Below, one piece after another: positions 10,123 through 19,959 of a DNA stretch of 64,000 nt (positions are counted from its first letter, which is position 1; each line of letters begins with the position of its first letter). The DNA lies in NCBI GenBank assembly GCA_963815455.1, contig CAWFGO010000001.1:160001-224000 (forward strand), given 5' to 3'. Under the pieces are notes generated by a model, which saw only the letters and a program-made list of their open reading frames with translations, made no database searches and was not told the origin of the DNA. The translations under genes were made by a program, and so were the position numbers. The stretch is from an uncultured Verrucomicrobiae bacterium (GTDB taxonomy: Bacteria > Verrucomicrobiota > Verrucomicrobiia > Chthoniobacterales > UBA10450).

Positions 10123-11970
10123 ATGCGCCAGTTTCACTTCATCGCCAACCGCACTGCGTGCTTGTCGGCGAAAGCTGTGTTCGCTTGCGTCGCGCGCGTC
10201 CACGTGTTGCGGCGGGAGAATGCGAACCGCGCTGGCGGATTTCTGCTGGCGGCAAATCATATCAGCCATTTCGATCCGGTTATTCTTTCGTCGGTCGTAC
10301 GCCGCAAAATTGATTGGATGGCCATGGCGGAATTTTTCCCGCATCCGGTCCTGGGACGCTTCTTGCGGGCAGTTGATGCGTTTCCGACCGACCGGCACCG
10401 GGCGGATCGCAACACGATCCGGACCGCGATTGAGCGGTTACACAGAGGACGCATCGTGGGCGTTTTCCCCGAAGGAGGCATTCGCGACGGAGCGCGCTCG
10501 CTCCTGGAAGGCGCGCCGCTTCGTCCGGGCGCGTCCACTCTGGCGCATATGGCCGGATCTCCGATCCTGCCGTGTGTCATTCTGGGCAGCGATCGGCTTT
10601 ACTCGAAGAAGAGTTGGTTGCCGCGCCGCCGAATGCCGATCTGGGTCGCATTCGGCGATCTGATCCCAATTTTTTCGGATTTGGATAAGACCGCCGCGCG
10701 CGAGCGCATCGAGGGCGAGCTCGCTGCCGCTTTCAAGAATCTTTATTCCGAGCTGCAACAAACATTTCAGCTCACGCCGGACGATTTGCCGCATTCGCCA
10801 CAAGAGCGCATGGGCCAGGCAAGTCGTCATCCCGAGCGGCAACGTGACGTTGCATCCAGTACTGCCGGTCATACCGGCACATATCAAGCCCGCCCTGAGC
10901 GAGCAGTCGCGAGTCGAATGGGAGGGATCCCGTTGCCAAACTCTCCGGTCACTCCCCGGGATTCTTCGACTCCGCTTCGCTCCGCTCAGAATGACAGATG
11001 GAACGGGCTGCGTCGGGCGAGCGCCACGATTGTCGATGGAGCAATGTGTGTCTCAATGAATCTGCTCCAGTCGCGTCATCGTTTGCATGCTGGCAGCCGC
11101 GATGAAATGGAACGCTACGTGACGCATTGCGAAACATTGACCGCTCAACAGTTCTACGCCGCGCCGCCCGATGGCAAAATCACCGGCCAGATCGACAGTC
11201 GGATTGCCAGAATCGCCTGGCGAAGCCCAATCGAAACGAAGTTTTCCGAAAATAATACTGTCCGCGTCGATTTGTTTCCCTGTTCGCTCGGCTGGGGCGC
11301 ACCGACCGTAATCATGTTACACTCACTCCTGTCGGCGAGCAGCATCGGTTATCGCCGATGCGCCGTCCGGTTCAATGAGTTCGGCTGGAACGCTTGCTTC
11401 GTCCATCTGCCCTATCACTATTCGCGGGTGCCACGCGGTTACTGGAATGGCGAACTGGCAATTACCGCCGATCTCATCCGCAGCGCCGAGGGCCTGCGAC
11501 AGGGTGTGACGGAAGTGCGGCAACTCATCGGCGCATTGCGCGAGCGAGGCTGCTCGGAGTTCGGAATCCTCGGTACCAGCTATGGCGGCTGGATCGGCGC
11601 GCTGCTGGCCATGGTTGAGCGTGACCTCCGCTTTGTGGCGTTAATGGCGCCGATAGTAAATGCCGAACATGCGATCTGGGAAAGCCCCGCATCGGCCCGA
11701 ATGAGGAAAGAGTTGGGCCGTGCAAACATCGATGCGCAACTCGTGGCGCGCCATTTTCGACTCTGTTCACCAGTGCATAATCAACCGTTGTGCAATGCCG
11801 AGCGCGTCCTGTTCGTTGCCGGCGAATTCGATTTGGTTGCGCGACAAGCGGATATTGAAACGATCCATCACAAATGGCGCGGCTCGGAGTTGCTGCGGGT
11901 GCCGCAGGGACATTTCGGCTATCGCATGATGCGCGAAACAGTCGGGCGCTTGAAAGAACGTGGCTTGTAG
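10123..11970 (+). CDS. PlsC-type acyltransferase fused to an alpha/beta hydrolase, with a repeat-derived linker
   Basis: NHISHFD and FPEGG in the N-terminal domain. GTSYGG nucleophile elbow, GEFD and GH in the C-terminal domain. Confidence 0.82.
   Translation: MRQFHFIANRTACLSAKAVFACVARVHVLRRENANRAGGFLLAANHISHFDPVILSSVVRRKIDWMAMAEFFPHPVLGRFLRAVDAFPTDRHRADRNTIRTAIERLHRGRIVGVFPEGGIRDGARSLLEGAPLRPGASTLAHMAGSPILPCVILGSDRLYSKKSWLPRRRMPIWVAFGDLIPIFSDLDKTAARERIEGELAAAFKNLYSELQQTFQLTPDDLPHSPQERMGQASRHPERQRDVASSTAGHTGTYQARPERAVASRMGGIPLPNSPVTPRDSSTPLRSAQNDRWNGLRRASATIVDGAMCVSMNLLQSRHRLHAGSRDEMERYVTHCETLTAQQFYAAPPDGKITGQIDSRIARIAWRSPIETKFSENNTVRVDLFPCSLGWGAPTVIMLHSLLSASSIGYRRCAVRFNEFGWNACFVHLPYHYSRVPRGYWNGELAITADLIRSAEGLRQGVTEVRQLIGALRERGCSEFGILGTSYGGWIGALLAMVERDLRFVALMAPIVNAEHAIWESPASARMRKELGRANIDAQLVARHFRLCSPVHNQPLCNAERVLFVAGEFDLVARQADIETIHHKWRGSELLRVPQGHFGYRMMRETVGRLKERGL
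10826..10995. repeat. GTCAT...ATGAC palindromic element inserted in frame in a CDS
   Basis: GTCATCCCGAGCG...GATTCTTCGACTCCGCTTCGCTCCGCTCAGAATGAC, read as RHPER...RDSSTPLRSAQND. Confidence 0.8.
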
Positions 11971-12001
11971 CCGCCGCCCGGCGGGTGGCGTGCAGAGGCT
12001 C

Positions 12002-12050
12002 GGAGGGACATGCTTCTGCATGTCCCGGACGCGCAGAAGCGCGTCCCTCC
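12002..12050. repeat. GGAG-tagged REP-like doublet between convergent genes
   Basis: GGAGGGACATGCTTCTGCATGTCC followed by its inverted partner GGACGCGCAGAAGCGCGTCCCTCC. Confidence 0.65.
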
Positions 12051-12098
12051 GATTCTTGGTGCAGTATCGATTTTTTTCTCGATCCAGAATGGATAGGC

Positions 12099-13622
12099 CT
12101 AATCCACCCAATCCATTGCCGCGAGCATGCTGCGAAAATCCGGGTCATCGGTCGAAAGCGGCGGAAGCCATTCGCCGATTAGCTCGCGTTTCCACCATGC
12201 TTTTTCGCCGGGCGGCGCAAACTGGTAACGATAGAGACGCGCCCGAATGTAATGCGGCGGTGCAGTTGGAAATGGATTGTTTGCGATCAGCGAAAGCGTG
12301 CCGGGATCGTTGTGCAGAAGTTTCCAGACAAAATGGAACGTCCAGGGATAATCGCCTGGCGAGGCCATGGCGGCGAACCAGATTTGCCAGTCGATCCGCG
12401 GTTGATATGGCGCCATGAATGGCGGCCGTCGGTTCGGATCGCCGGGTTTGGCTTTGAATTCGTACTCCTTCCACTCGGCGCCGGTGAGGAACAGGCTGTC
12501 GGTTCCTTCAAAAATGATCTCGTCGCGTTCGCGACCAACAGTTCCGAAGGCACCGTAGGTGTTGACCAGATCAAGCGGGTCGTAGGAGTAATTCATCAAT
12601 TGCCGGCCGGAAGCCAGGTTCAGCACGGGCGCGATGCTCAAATAGGCCACCAGGATCGCCAAAGTGATGGTGAGGCAATTCGTAATCGGCGACGGTTTAG
12701 ATTCCTGTGCAGCTCGCTCAGCGCGCTGAACGAGACCTTTCGGCAAAACGTGGCGTAGAAACGTGTCGTCGAAGCAGGCGAGGAAGGGAATGATCGTCAA
12801 ATAGTTCAGGAACGACAGATTGCCGCTGATGATGAGAAAGATCTGAAGCGTCACCAGCAGCACGCCCGCAACGTGGCGCGCCGTTCGCGGCCCGAATGAG
12901 AACCATGGCACTATTACTTCAACAAAATGGTTCCAAGCCGTTTCAAATTTGAGCAGCCAAAGCGGCGAAAAATGCAAATAGCGGCTGATCGGGTTCGGGA
13001 TCGGCTGGGTCTCGTAGTGATAGTAAAGACAAGTGAGATCGCGCCAGCAAGGATCGCCCCGCAATTTGATGAGCCCGGCCCCGATCATGATTCGAAAACC
13101 GAGCCACCGAAAAAGCCAGATCACAAGAATCGGCGGCCGGCACTTCGGAAACGGGCGGCCATCGAACAGCGGGCAAAGAAAGATCGACAAAAAACCGGTT
13201 TCGAGCAGTTGAATCTCCCAGCCGTAACCGTACCAGATTTGGCCGATGTGAACGATCGACATGTACATCGCCCACAACACCGTGAGAATGATGGCATTGG
13301 CATATCCGGCGAGGAGAACAACCGACAAAGCGAAGCCGATCCAGGAGAAGATCGACAGCGCGTTGTCAGAAATTCCGAACCAGAACAGCGTCGGCATCTG
13401 GAGCATCGCAGCGGACCCCGAACCGGAGTGGGCCTGGATTCGTTCAAGAAAATGATTCGCTGGAGTTAGCCCATGCTCACCAACGAGTGGCACCAGTTGA
13501 TTCGCCGCGACCAGGAAGGCAATCGCGTAAACGAAACCGAGCAGACGAAGAATGATGAATCGCGTCAGCCAGTAGGAATTTCCGAGCGCGAAGAACTTTG
13601 CCAGAATATTCTCGTCATTCAT
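12099..13622 (-). CDS. Lipase maturation factor (LMF1) family membrane protein
   Basis: GYGWEIQLLETGF, GAGLIKLRGD, YHYETQPIP, SGNLSFLNYLT and PYQPRIDWQIWFAAM motifs. Confidence 0.92.
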   Translation of the reverse strand: MNDENILAKFFALGNSYWLTRFIILRLLGFVYAIAFLVAANQLVPLVGEHGLTPANHFLERIQAHSGSGSAAMLQMPTLFWFGISDNALSIFSWIGFALSVVLLAGYANAIILTVLWAMYMSIVHIGQIWYGYGWEIQLLETGFLSIFLCPLFDGRPFPKCRPPILVIWLFRWLGFRIMIGAGLIKLRGDPCWRDLTCLYYHYETQPIPNPISRYLHFSPLWLLKFETAWNHFVEVIVPWFSFGPRTARHVAGVLLVTLQIFLIISGNLSFLNYLTIIPFLACFDDTFLRHVLPKGLVQRAERAAQESKPSPITNCLTITLAILVAYLSIAPVLNLASGRQLMNYSYDPLDLVNTYGAFGTVGRERDEIIFEGTDSLFLTGAEWKEYEFKAKPGDPNRRPPFMAPYQPRIDWQIWFAAMASPGDYPWTFHFVWKLLHNDPGTLSLIANNPFPTAPPHYIRARLYRYQFAPPGEKAWWKRELIGEWLPPLSTDDPDFRSMLAAMDWVD

Positions 13623-13692
13623 GAAACCACCACCGCGTGACTGAAACCTTCAACGCTCACCGCTCCAGGCCCAACACTCAACTCATTTGCCA

Positions 13693-13817
13693 GTCATCCC
13701 GAGGCGCGAAGACGCCGAGGGATCTCACAAGTTACGGAACAGCTGCGTAAATAATACGAGCACCGGTTCGAATTCCAATCCGTCCCTCGCGAGGTCCCTC
13801 GCTTCGCTCGGGATGAC
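13693..13817. repeat. GTCAT...ATGAC palindromic element
   Basis: GTCATCCCGAGG...GAGGGATCTC paired with GAGGTCCCTCGCTTCGCTCGGGATGAC. Confidence 0.8.
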
Positions 13818-13847
13818 AAACAAATGACGCCACGCTTCCAGGTCGCG

Positions 13848-13876
13848 TTGACACGCCCCGCGACGTGTTCAACTTT
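13848..13876 (+). promoter_or_regulatory. Putative sigma70 promoter of the tRNA locus
   Basis: TTGACA at 13848-13853 and a weak -10 (CAACTT/AACTTT) 16-17 bp downstream, about 12 nt before the first tRNA-like copy. Confidence 0.45.
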
Positions 13877-13887
13877 CTTTGCCTCGC

Positions 13888-13938
13888 GCCAGGGTAGCTC
13901 AGCGGTAGAGCAGCCCCGAAAGCTTTCGGGGTTGGTCG
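13888..13938 (+). pseudogene. 5' tRNA(CAT) fragment with the anticodon arm replaced by an 18-bp palindrome
   Basis: GCCAGGGTAGCTCAGCGGTAGAGCAG is identical to the tRNA 5' end. It is followed by CCCCGAAAGCTTTCGGGG and then TTGGTCG. No T-arm. Confidence 0.85.
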
Positions 13939-13973
13939 CATCCTGAGTTAGAATTGGCGCTACAAAATTTGCC

Positions 13974-14045
13974 GCCAGGGTAGCTCAGCGGTAGAGCAGG
14001 GGACTCATAAGCCCTTGGTCGGGAGTTCAATTCTCCCCCCTGGCA
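13974..14045 (+). tRNA. tRNA with CAT anticodon (elongator Met or Ile2, not initiator); CCA not encoded
   Basis: Cloverleaf: acceptor GCCAGGG/CCCTGGC, D-arm GCTC/GAGC, anticodon loop CTCATAA, T-arm GGGAG-TTCAATT-CTCCC, discriminator A. Confidence 0.93.
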
Positions 14046-14052
14046 CTCCCCT

Positions 14053-14295
14053 GTGCCGTGGATTTATATTTTGAAAGGTTCATCTGGCCGACATTACATC
14101 GGGTCGACAATTGATCTGGATGCACGACTGGCTCAGCATCGCCGCGGCCACACCCATACAACCAAAAGGCTTGGAAAAAATCTGGACGTGATAGCAAGTA
14201 AAGAAGTAGGGACGCTCGATGAAGCGCGTAAAATCGAGCGGGCATTGAAGGCAAAGAAAAATCCGCAACTCGCCATTCACGCGTTGCAACCCTAG
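14053..14295 (+). CDS. Stand-alone small GIY-YIG nuclease
   Basis: WIYIL...HYIGST.DL..RL.QH..G...TTK...[10 protein letters not shown] retains the GIY-YIG Tyr, Arg and Glu residues. Confidence 0.9.
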   Translation: MPWIYILKGSSGRHYIGSTIDLDARLAQHRRGHTHTTKRLGKNLDVIASKEVGTLDEARKIERALKAKKNPQLAIHALQP

Positions 14296-14348
14296 AGCAG
14301 CCCCGAAAGCTTTCGGGGTTGGTCGGGAGTTCAATTCTCCCCCCTGGC
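14293..14348 (+). pseudogene. 3' tRNA(CAT) fragment with the anticodon arm replaced by the 18-bp palindrome
   Basis: TAGAGCAG + CCCCGAAAGCTTTCGGGG + TTGGTCGGGAGTTCAATTCTCCCCCCTGGC. Both flanks are identical to the tRNA. Confidence 0.85.
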
Positions 14349-14386
14349 GCTCCTTCGCCGGAAGGCGATTTCACATCGGATGCAAA

Positions 14387-14477
14387 GGTGGATCGGCCGT
14401 TCCGCGGACGATGCTAACCAAGTGGCGGTCTCCGGCCGCGTAAGATTACCATCGAGCGACTGAGCGCTCGATCCACC
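14387..14477. repeat. GGTGGATCG...CGATCCACC MITE-like element, copy 2
   Basis: Terminal inverted repeats and a conserved CGATG/CATCG internal stem. Confidence 0.8.
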
Positions 14478-14481
14478 TCCC

Positions 14482-15256
14482 CTAGTCTTTCTCCTTGGCT
14501 ACGTATGGCCTCAGATCTTTTTCATGGCCACGCAGCGCGGCCATAAAGCAAACGCCGTTGCGTTCCTTTCACTACGCCGGCCCAGCCCTCCTGCTCGACA
14601 TAGCGCCAACCCGAAAATTCCCGCACGGCGCCGGTCTTGGGATCTTTCTCGGCCGGGAACAGAAACAACTGCATTTTTTTCTCCACGATCCAAATCTGGG
14701 CGACGCGATGGCCGTCCTCGTCGTCGAAAACGCGCCAGCCGATCGTGCGAAAATCGGCGAACTCGGGGGGGACATCGTAGCGCTCCAGGTGGTGCTTCAT
14801 AAAAAAGAGATCGCCTAACGTGCCGGCATCGGCCGAAACCGGCTCGAGCAGGACCGATCTCGTCGAACCGGCGGTAGCCAGCAATTTTCTGGCAGCGCTG
14901 ATTCCCGGGAAATCGTGCATGTGTTCGATAAACTGGAAAACGAACACGCCCGCGATCACCGCCAGAGCAAGACCGATTGCCAGCACGGCCGGATTTTGGG
15001 CCGTTTTCTTCCAGCTAAACTTGTGGCTGGGAGCAAGGTCTTCACTGGAAAACCATTCCGCCACGTCCCCCGGAATCGGAATGGTTTGAATCAGCGCGGC
15101 CACGGCGCGATCAAAGCTCTGCTGGTTGGCAAATTCCTCCGTCCCCCGCGCGCGAAAAACCGCCGCGCGCATGAATCGATCGTCTATGAGCTCCTCGTTG
15201 ATGGGAGCGAGATTCAGCAAGACCCGTTGCTGACGAGACAACTGAACCGGTTTCAT
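14482..15256 (-). CDS. Single-TM protein downstream of an ECF sigma factor, putative anti-sigma (probable indel near 14566)
   Basis: Overlaps the sigma gene stop (ATGA). One TM segment (VLAIGLALAVIAGVFVF). An alternative frame continues ERNGVCFMAALRGHEKDLRPYVAKEKD* to 14482. Confidence 0.55.
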
Positions 15257-15738
15257 ATCAGCTGCTCCCGCTCGGGAAGGGTCGCATTGAGCCAGGCTTG
15301 AAACTGACGCCGCCCCTGGGCAAGCAGCCGAGACAGATCGCCAATCTTGGTCTCGGTCACGTTGAGGATGTCCTCATAATCGAATTCGCTCAGGTAAAAA
15401 AGGGCCAGCGCGGTTCGTTGCGGCTCGGGCGCGGCCGAAACCCAGATGGCGAGCTGATTGGTATCAAGTTTTTTTAGCTGGTCGGGTGCGGCCGGGGAGA
15501 GATCGCTCTCTTCAAGATCGACATCTTCTGGTTGGAGTCCGTGTTCGCCCGCTTCGATGCAGCGGGAACGGGCATCGCGATAAAGCCAGAAGGGATCGTT
15601 GGGCGCATCGCCGTTGGACGAACGCAACGCGGCTTCGCGCAAGGTTGCATGAAAAACCTCCTGCGCCTTTCGCGCATCGCCTGTCATCAGGAAACAAAAG
15701 CGATAGAGCTGTGGCAGATTTTGTTTTCGATCCGGCAC
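15253..15738 (-). CDS. ECF-type RNA polymerase sigma factor-like protein
   Basis: LYRFCFLMTGD...AQEVFHAT...WLYRDAR (region 2-like) and PEPQRTALALFYL..FDYEDI (region 4-like). Confidence 0.7.
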   Translation of the reverse strand: MPDRKQNLPQLYRFCFLMTGDARKAQEVFHATLREAALRSSNGDAPNDPFWLYRDARSRCIEAGEHGLQPEDVDLEESDLSPAAPDQLKKLDTNQLAIWVSAAPEPQRTALALFYLSEFDYEDILNVTETKIGDLSRLLAQGRRQFQAWLNATLPEREQLI

Positions 15739-15808
15739 TCCGGCACCCTTTATAAAAATTCAGCGCACTCTACGCGTATCGCCCGGATCGACAAGGGCGA
15801 TTCGCCCT

Positions 15809-15882
15809 GTAGCCGCGGCGCTGTCTCGCCGTGGTCGTGACGACAACCGGCGCCTAGCGCCTCGACATAGCGAGGCGACTAC
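15809..15882. repeat. GTAG-type REP doublet (REPIN)
   Basis: GTAGCCGCGGCGCTGTCTCGCCG...GCCTCGACATAGCGAGGCGACTAC. It contains the dapL stop codon. Confidence 0.6.
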
Positions 15883-17111
15883 AGTTTTTCCAGTCTGCGC
15901 GCGACTTCTTCAGCGTTGGAGCGGCTGTTGAAGGCCGAGATGCGGAAGTAACCTTCGCCTTGAGCGCCGAACCCGCTGCCCGGGGTGACGACAACGCTCA
16001 GTTCCCTTAACATGCGGTCGAACAGTTCCCAACTGGTTAACCCATCCGGCGTTTTCACCCAGACGTAGGGCGCGTTTACCCCACCGAAGACCGCCAGGCC
16101 CGCATCAGCCGCCGCAGTGCGAAGAATCCTGGCGTTGCCCATGTAATGGTCGATCAGCGCGCGCACCTGTTTGCCGCCCTCAGGTGAATAGACCGCCTCG
16201 GCCCCGCGCTGCACGGGATAACTCACACTGTTGGCTTTTGTGCTCCATCGCCGGTGCCACAAGGCGTGCAGCGGCAAACGCCGGCCGCTCTCGGTGCTGG
16301 CCAACAACGATTTCGGCATCACGGTAAACCCGCACCGGATACCGGTGAATCCGCCGTTCTTGGAAAAACTGCGAAACTCGACCGCGCATTCCCGCGCGCC
16401 TGGAATTTCGAAAATGGAGTGCGGAACCGCAGGATCGGAAATGTAGGCTTCATAGGCCGCATCAAACAAAATTAGCGCTTCGTGCTTGCGAGCGTATTCC
16501 ACCCAGTCCGTCAGTTGCTCGCGCGACGCGACCGTTCCGGTCGGATTGTTCGGGAAACAGAGATACACAAGATCGACATGCTCTGTGGGCGGCTCGGGGA
16601 CGAAATTGTTCTTCGCCGTGCAGGGCAAGTAAACAAGGCCTTCGTAACTCCCGTCTTTTCTCACCAGGCCGGTGTGGCCCGCCATCACGTTCGTATCGAC
16701 ATAAACCGGGTAAACCGGATCGGTGATCGCGACTTTGTTTTGGTCGCCCAGGACGTCGAGGATGAAGCCGCAATCGGACTTTGAACCGTCGGAGACAAAT
16801 ATCTCATCGTCGGCGATGTCGATCTTCCGGTCGCGATAATCGTGCTGCGCGATTGTCGATCTTAGAAACTCGTAGCCTTGCTCGGGACCGTACCCGCGAA
16901 ACGTCTCGCGATGCCCAAGCTCTTCGACGGCGCGCTTCATCGCCTCGATGGCAGCTCGCGGTAACGGCTCGGTCACATCGCCGATCCCGCAACGAATCAA
17001 TCTCTTTGCCGCTTCCGGGTTCGCCGCGCAGAATTCGTTCACCCGCCGGGCAATCTCGGGAAAAAGATACCCGGCCTGCAGCTTGAGATAGTTTTCGTTT
17101 AGGTAGGCCAT
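15879..17111 (-). CDS. dapL: LL-diaminopimelate aminotransferase
   Basis: [45 protein letters not shown] and [13 protein letters not shown] motifs. Confidence 0.96.
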   Translation of the reverse strand: MAYLNENYLKLQAGYLFPEIARRVNEFCAANPEAAKRLIRCGIGDVTEPLPRAAIEAMKRAVEELGHRETFRGYGPEQGYEFLRSTIAQHDYRDRKIDIADDEIFVSDGSKSDCGFILDVLGDQNKVAITDPVYPVYVDTNVMAGHTGLVRKDGSYEGLVYLPCTAKNNFVPEPPTEHVDLVYLCFPNNPTGTVASREQLTDWVEYARKHEALILFDAAYEAYISDPAVPHSIFEIPGARECAVEFRSFSKNGGFTGIRCGFTVMPKSLLASTESGRRLPLHALWHRRWSTKANSVSYPVQRGAEAVYSPEGGKQVRALIDHYMGNARILRTAAADAGLAVFGGVNAPYVWVKTPDGLTSWELFDRMLRELSVVVTPGSGFGAQGEGYFRISAFNSRSNAEEVARRLEKL

Positions 17112-17116
17112 CACGT

Positions 17117-17184
17117 GTAGCGGCGGTCTCCGACCGTCGCATATTTCGGGAGAGAAGTTAGCGACGGTCAGAGACCGCCGCTAC
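17117..17184. repeat. GTAG-type REP doublet (REPIN)
   Basis: GTAGCGGCGGTCTCCGACCGTCGC...GCGACGGTCAGAGACCGCCGCTAC. Single arms recur at 45142 and 49749. Confidence 0.8.
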
Positions 17185-17206
17185 AGAAAGACGCTGAGAC
17201 TGCGCG

Positions 17207-17805
17207 CTAGTAGTTCTTCGCTACGGCGTCCCAATTCACCACGTTCCACCAAGCCTTGATGTAGTCGGGTCGGCGATTTTGGTAATTGAGATAGTAAGCG
17301 TGCTCCCAGACATCGAGGCCGAGGATCGGGGTGTTGCCGTCCATCAGCGGACTGTCCTGGTTCGGAGTGGAGACCATTTCAAGCTTGCCGATTTGTTTTT
17401 GATCAACCAGGCCCAGCCGCTGCCGAAACGGCCGGCACCCGCGGCGGCGAACTTCTCCTTAAACGCGTCAAAGCTGCCAAAGGTGGATTTGATGTCGTCG
17501 GCGAGTTTGCCTTTCGGTTCGCCGCCGGCTTTCGGGCCCATGATTTTCCAAAAGAAGGAATGGTTGGCGTGACCGCCGCCGTTGTTGCGGACAACAGTGC
17601 GAATGTCTTCCGGGACCGCGTTCAGATTGCTGATCAAATCCTCGACCGATTTGCTTTCCAGATCGGGTTTGCCTTTGATCGCGTTGTTCACGTTGGTGAC
17701 GTAAGCTTGGTGATGCTTGGTGTGATGGATTTCCATCGTGCGCGCATCGATGTGCGGCTCCAGAGCATCGTAGGGATAAGGTAATTTCGGTAATTCGTAA
17801 GCCAT
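17207..17805 (-). CDS. sodA: Superoxide dismutase, Mn/Fe family, Mn-type signature (frameshift near 17390)
   Basis: [24 protein letters not shown] and FGSGWAWL. The shifted frame gives [29 protein letters not shown]. Confidence 0.92.
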
Positions 17806-17923
17806 AATATGTACTGTTAGATCGCTTTAGCGACGATAACAGGTTTTATTTTTTCTCGCGCGACGGACCTGTGGCATCGGCGTCCTGCCAGATGTGACAT
17901 GGTGCTCGGAAGCCCATGCGCAC

Positions 17924-19912
17924 TTACGACGCAGCTGTAAAATCCGGGACGCGTGTTCAGGCCGTTCCTGTAATTCACGTAGGTCGCGAGCGCGAGGAGC
18001 GGGAAATTCTGCCGGTACATGTCGTATTTGAGATAGAACACCTTCGGAAATCCGGTGCCGGTGATTTGCGGCTCGTCCCATGAGCCGTCTGGCTTTTGCG
18101 AATTGAGCAGGAAACGCAAGTCCGCGCTGGATGCTCCGGCCGATCGAGATCGCCGCAGGCACAAATGCCCATCAGCGCCCAGGCCGTTTGCGACGCGGTG
18201 CTTTCGCCTTTGCCTTTCATCTGTGGATTGTCGTACGACGCGCAGGTTTCGCCCCAGCCGCCGTCATCGTTCTGACAACTCTCCAGCCAGTCGCGGCCGC
18301 GCAGAATCCAGTCTTGCGTCATGTCCTGGCCGATGGCGCGCAGGCCGCGCAGCACCTGCCATGTGCCATAAATATAATTGACGCCCCAACGCCCGTACCA
18401 GGAGCCGTCGTTTTCCTGCGTTTCGATCAGATATGCGAAGCGCGCGTTTCACCGCCGGATGCATTGCGGTCGAAACCGATGTAACCGAACAGCTCCAGCG
18501 TGCGCGCGGTCAGATCGCTGCAGGTCGGGTCGAGAATGGCGTTGTGGTCGGCGAATGGCATGTCTTCGAGCCAGGGCGTCGTGACGTCCTTGTCGAACGC
18601 TGCCCAGCCGCCGTCGCGGCATTGGAAACTGAGTTGCCACGGAAGGGCCCGCCCAAAAACCGCATCCAGCGACCGTTGCATCGTGCGGCCGGACGAGCCG
18701 CAGCGCCATGAGCACCATCGCGGTGTCGTCCGTGTCGGGATAGTAAACGTTGTTGTATTCGAAAGCCCAGCCGCTCGCTTCCGGATGCGAATTATTTTTC
18801 GCCCAGTCGCCGCGAATTCGGACCTCCTTTTCCAGCAGCCAATTCGCGGCCTTTTGCAGCGCCGGGTGCTCCGGCGGAAGGCCGGACTCGGCCAGCGCGA
18901 TCACGTTGATGGCAGTGTCCCAAACCGGCGACAGACAGGGCTGAATACGAAAATCTTCCGGATCATCGACAAATAGCCCGGCAAAATCCTTTCTCGCTTT
19001 TTCAAACAGCGGATGGTTCTTCGGCGTAACCGAGTGCGCGCAGGGCGATCAATCGAATTGAGCATCGCCGGAAAAACGGTGGCCAGCCCGTCGCTTCCCT
19101 CGCCGATCCGCTCGACCATCCAGCGTTCGGCTTCTTCCAGCGCGACCCGGCGCAGTGGGCATACCAGCAGACCGCCGATAAACTTGAGGACATCGTCGGC
19201 TCGCAGGAAAAAATTTCGCCAAGTAAAAAAGCGCGCATCGCGTGGCAGGGTGAAATCTTCGTGCTCGGTGCCGAGCGGATAAAGCTCGTGCAGATGCTTT
19301 GAGGCCAGGCAAATGCCGCGTCGGTTTGAAATGATTGATGATCGCCAGCGGCACGAGCATGGCCCGGCTCCAGGAGGACATCTTGTAAATGTGAAACGGC
19401 GCCCAGGTCGGGCAGCAGGATCATTTCCACCGGAATCGTCGGCAGATAGTTCCAGGGAAACTGGCCCAGCAACGCGAGATAAAGTTTACTGAACGTGTTC
19501 AGGCGCGGGATGCCGCCGAGGCGCAGAATATTCGCGCGCGCTTCCTGCATGAACGGCAAATCGGCGGAATAACCGGCCAGCTTGAGCGCGAAATAGCGCT
19601 TTGACCGATGCGTTAATCTCGCTCGGGCCGCCGTGATAAATGTTCCAGCCGCCGTCCGGCAGCTGGCGTTTCAAGATGTGGCGGACACAGCGCTGCTGCA
19701 TTTGCTCGTCCACTTCGCCGGCCCAATGCATGAACAACACGAAGTCGGAGCAAAGCGTGCTATCCACGATCAGCTCGCCGCACCAGTGGCCGTCGGGCCG
19801 CTGTTGACGCAAAAGATTTTCCTGCGCCCGCGCGATCGCCTGCAAAATCTCCTCGCGCCGTCAGCGGATGTACGGCGCGCTGCGGCGCGCGGGCAGGTTG
19901 CGCTGGAGTCAT
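17924..19912 (-). CDS. shc: Squalene-hopene cyclase (several frameshifts; ends approximate)
   Basis: Fragments carry QRPDGHWCGEL, QLPDGGWNIY, GWAFEYNNVYYPDTDDTA (DxDD motif), QCRDGGWAAFD, QNDDGGWGE and TGTGFPKVFYLKY. Confidence 0.92.
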
Positions 19913-19959
19913 GAGTCATATTACGGTTGCGTCAGCCGAGCTGGCGCCATGCGTCGATC

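Noticed and set aside
13888..14348. Prophage or genomic island with attL/attR at the tRNA, or a split or intron-containing tRNA
   Set aside because: There is no integrase or phage gene and the cargo is only about 250 bp. The middle tRNA is complete and the fragments lack an anticodon, so they cannot splice into a functional tRNA.
14027..14374. Minus-strand ORFs containing NPESFRG or PKAFG peptides (also 13732-13941 and 45095-45712)
   Set aside because: They are translations of the palindrome and tRNA antisense, not credible genes.
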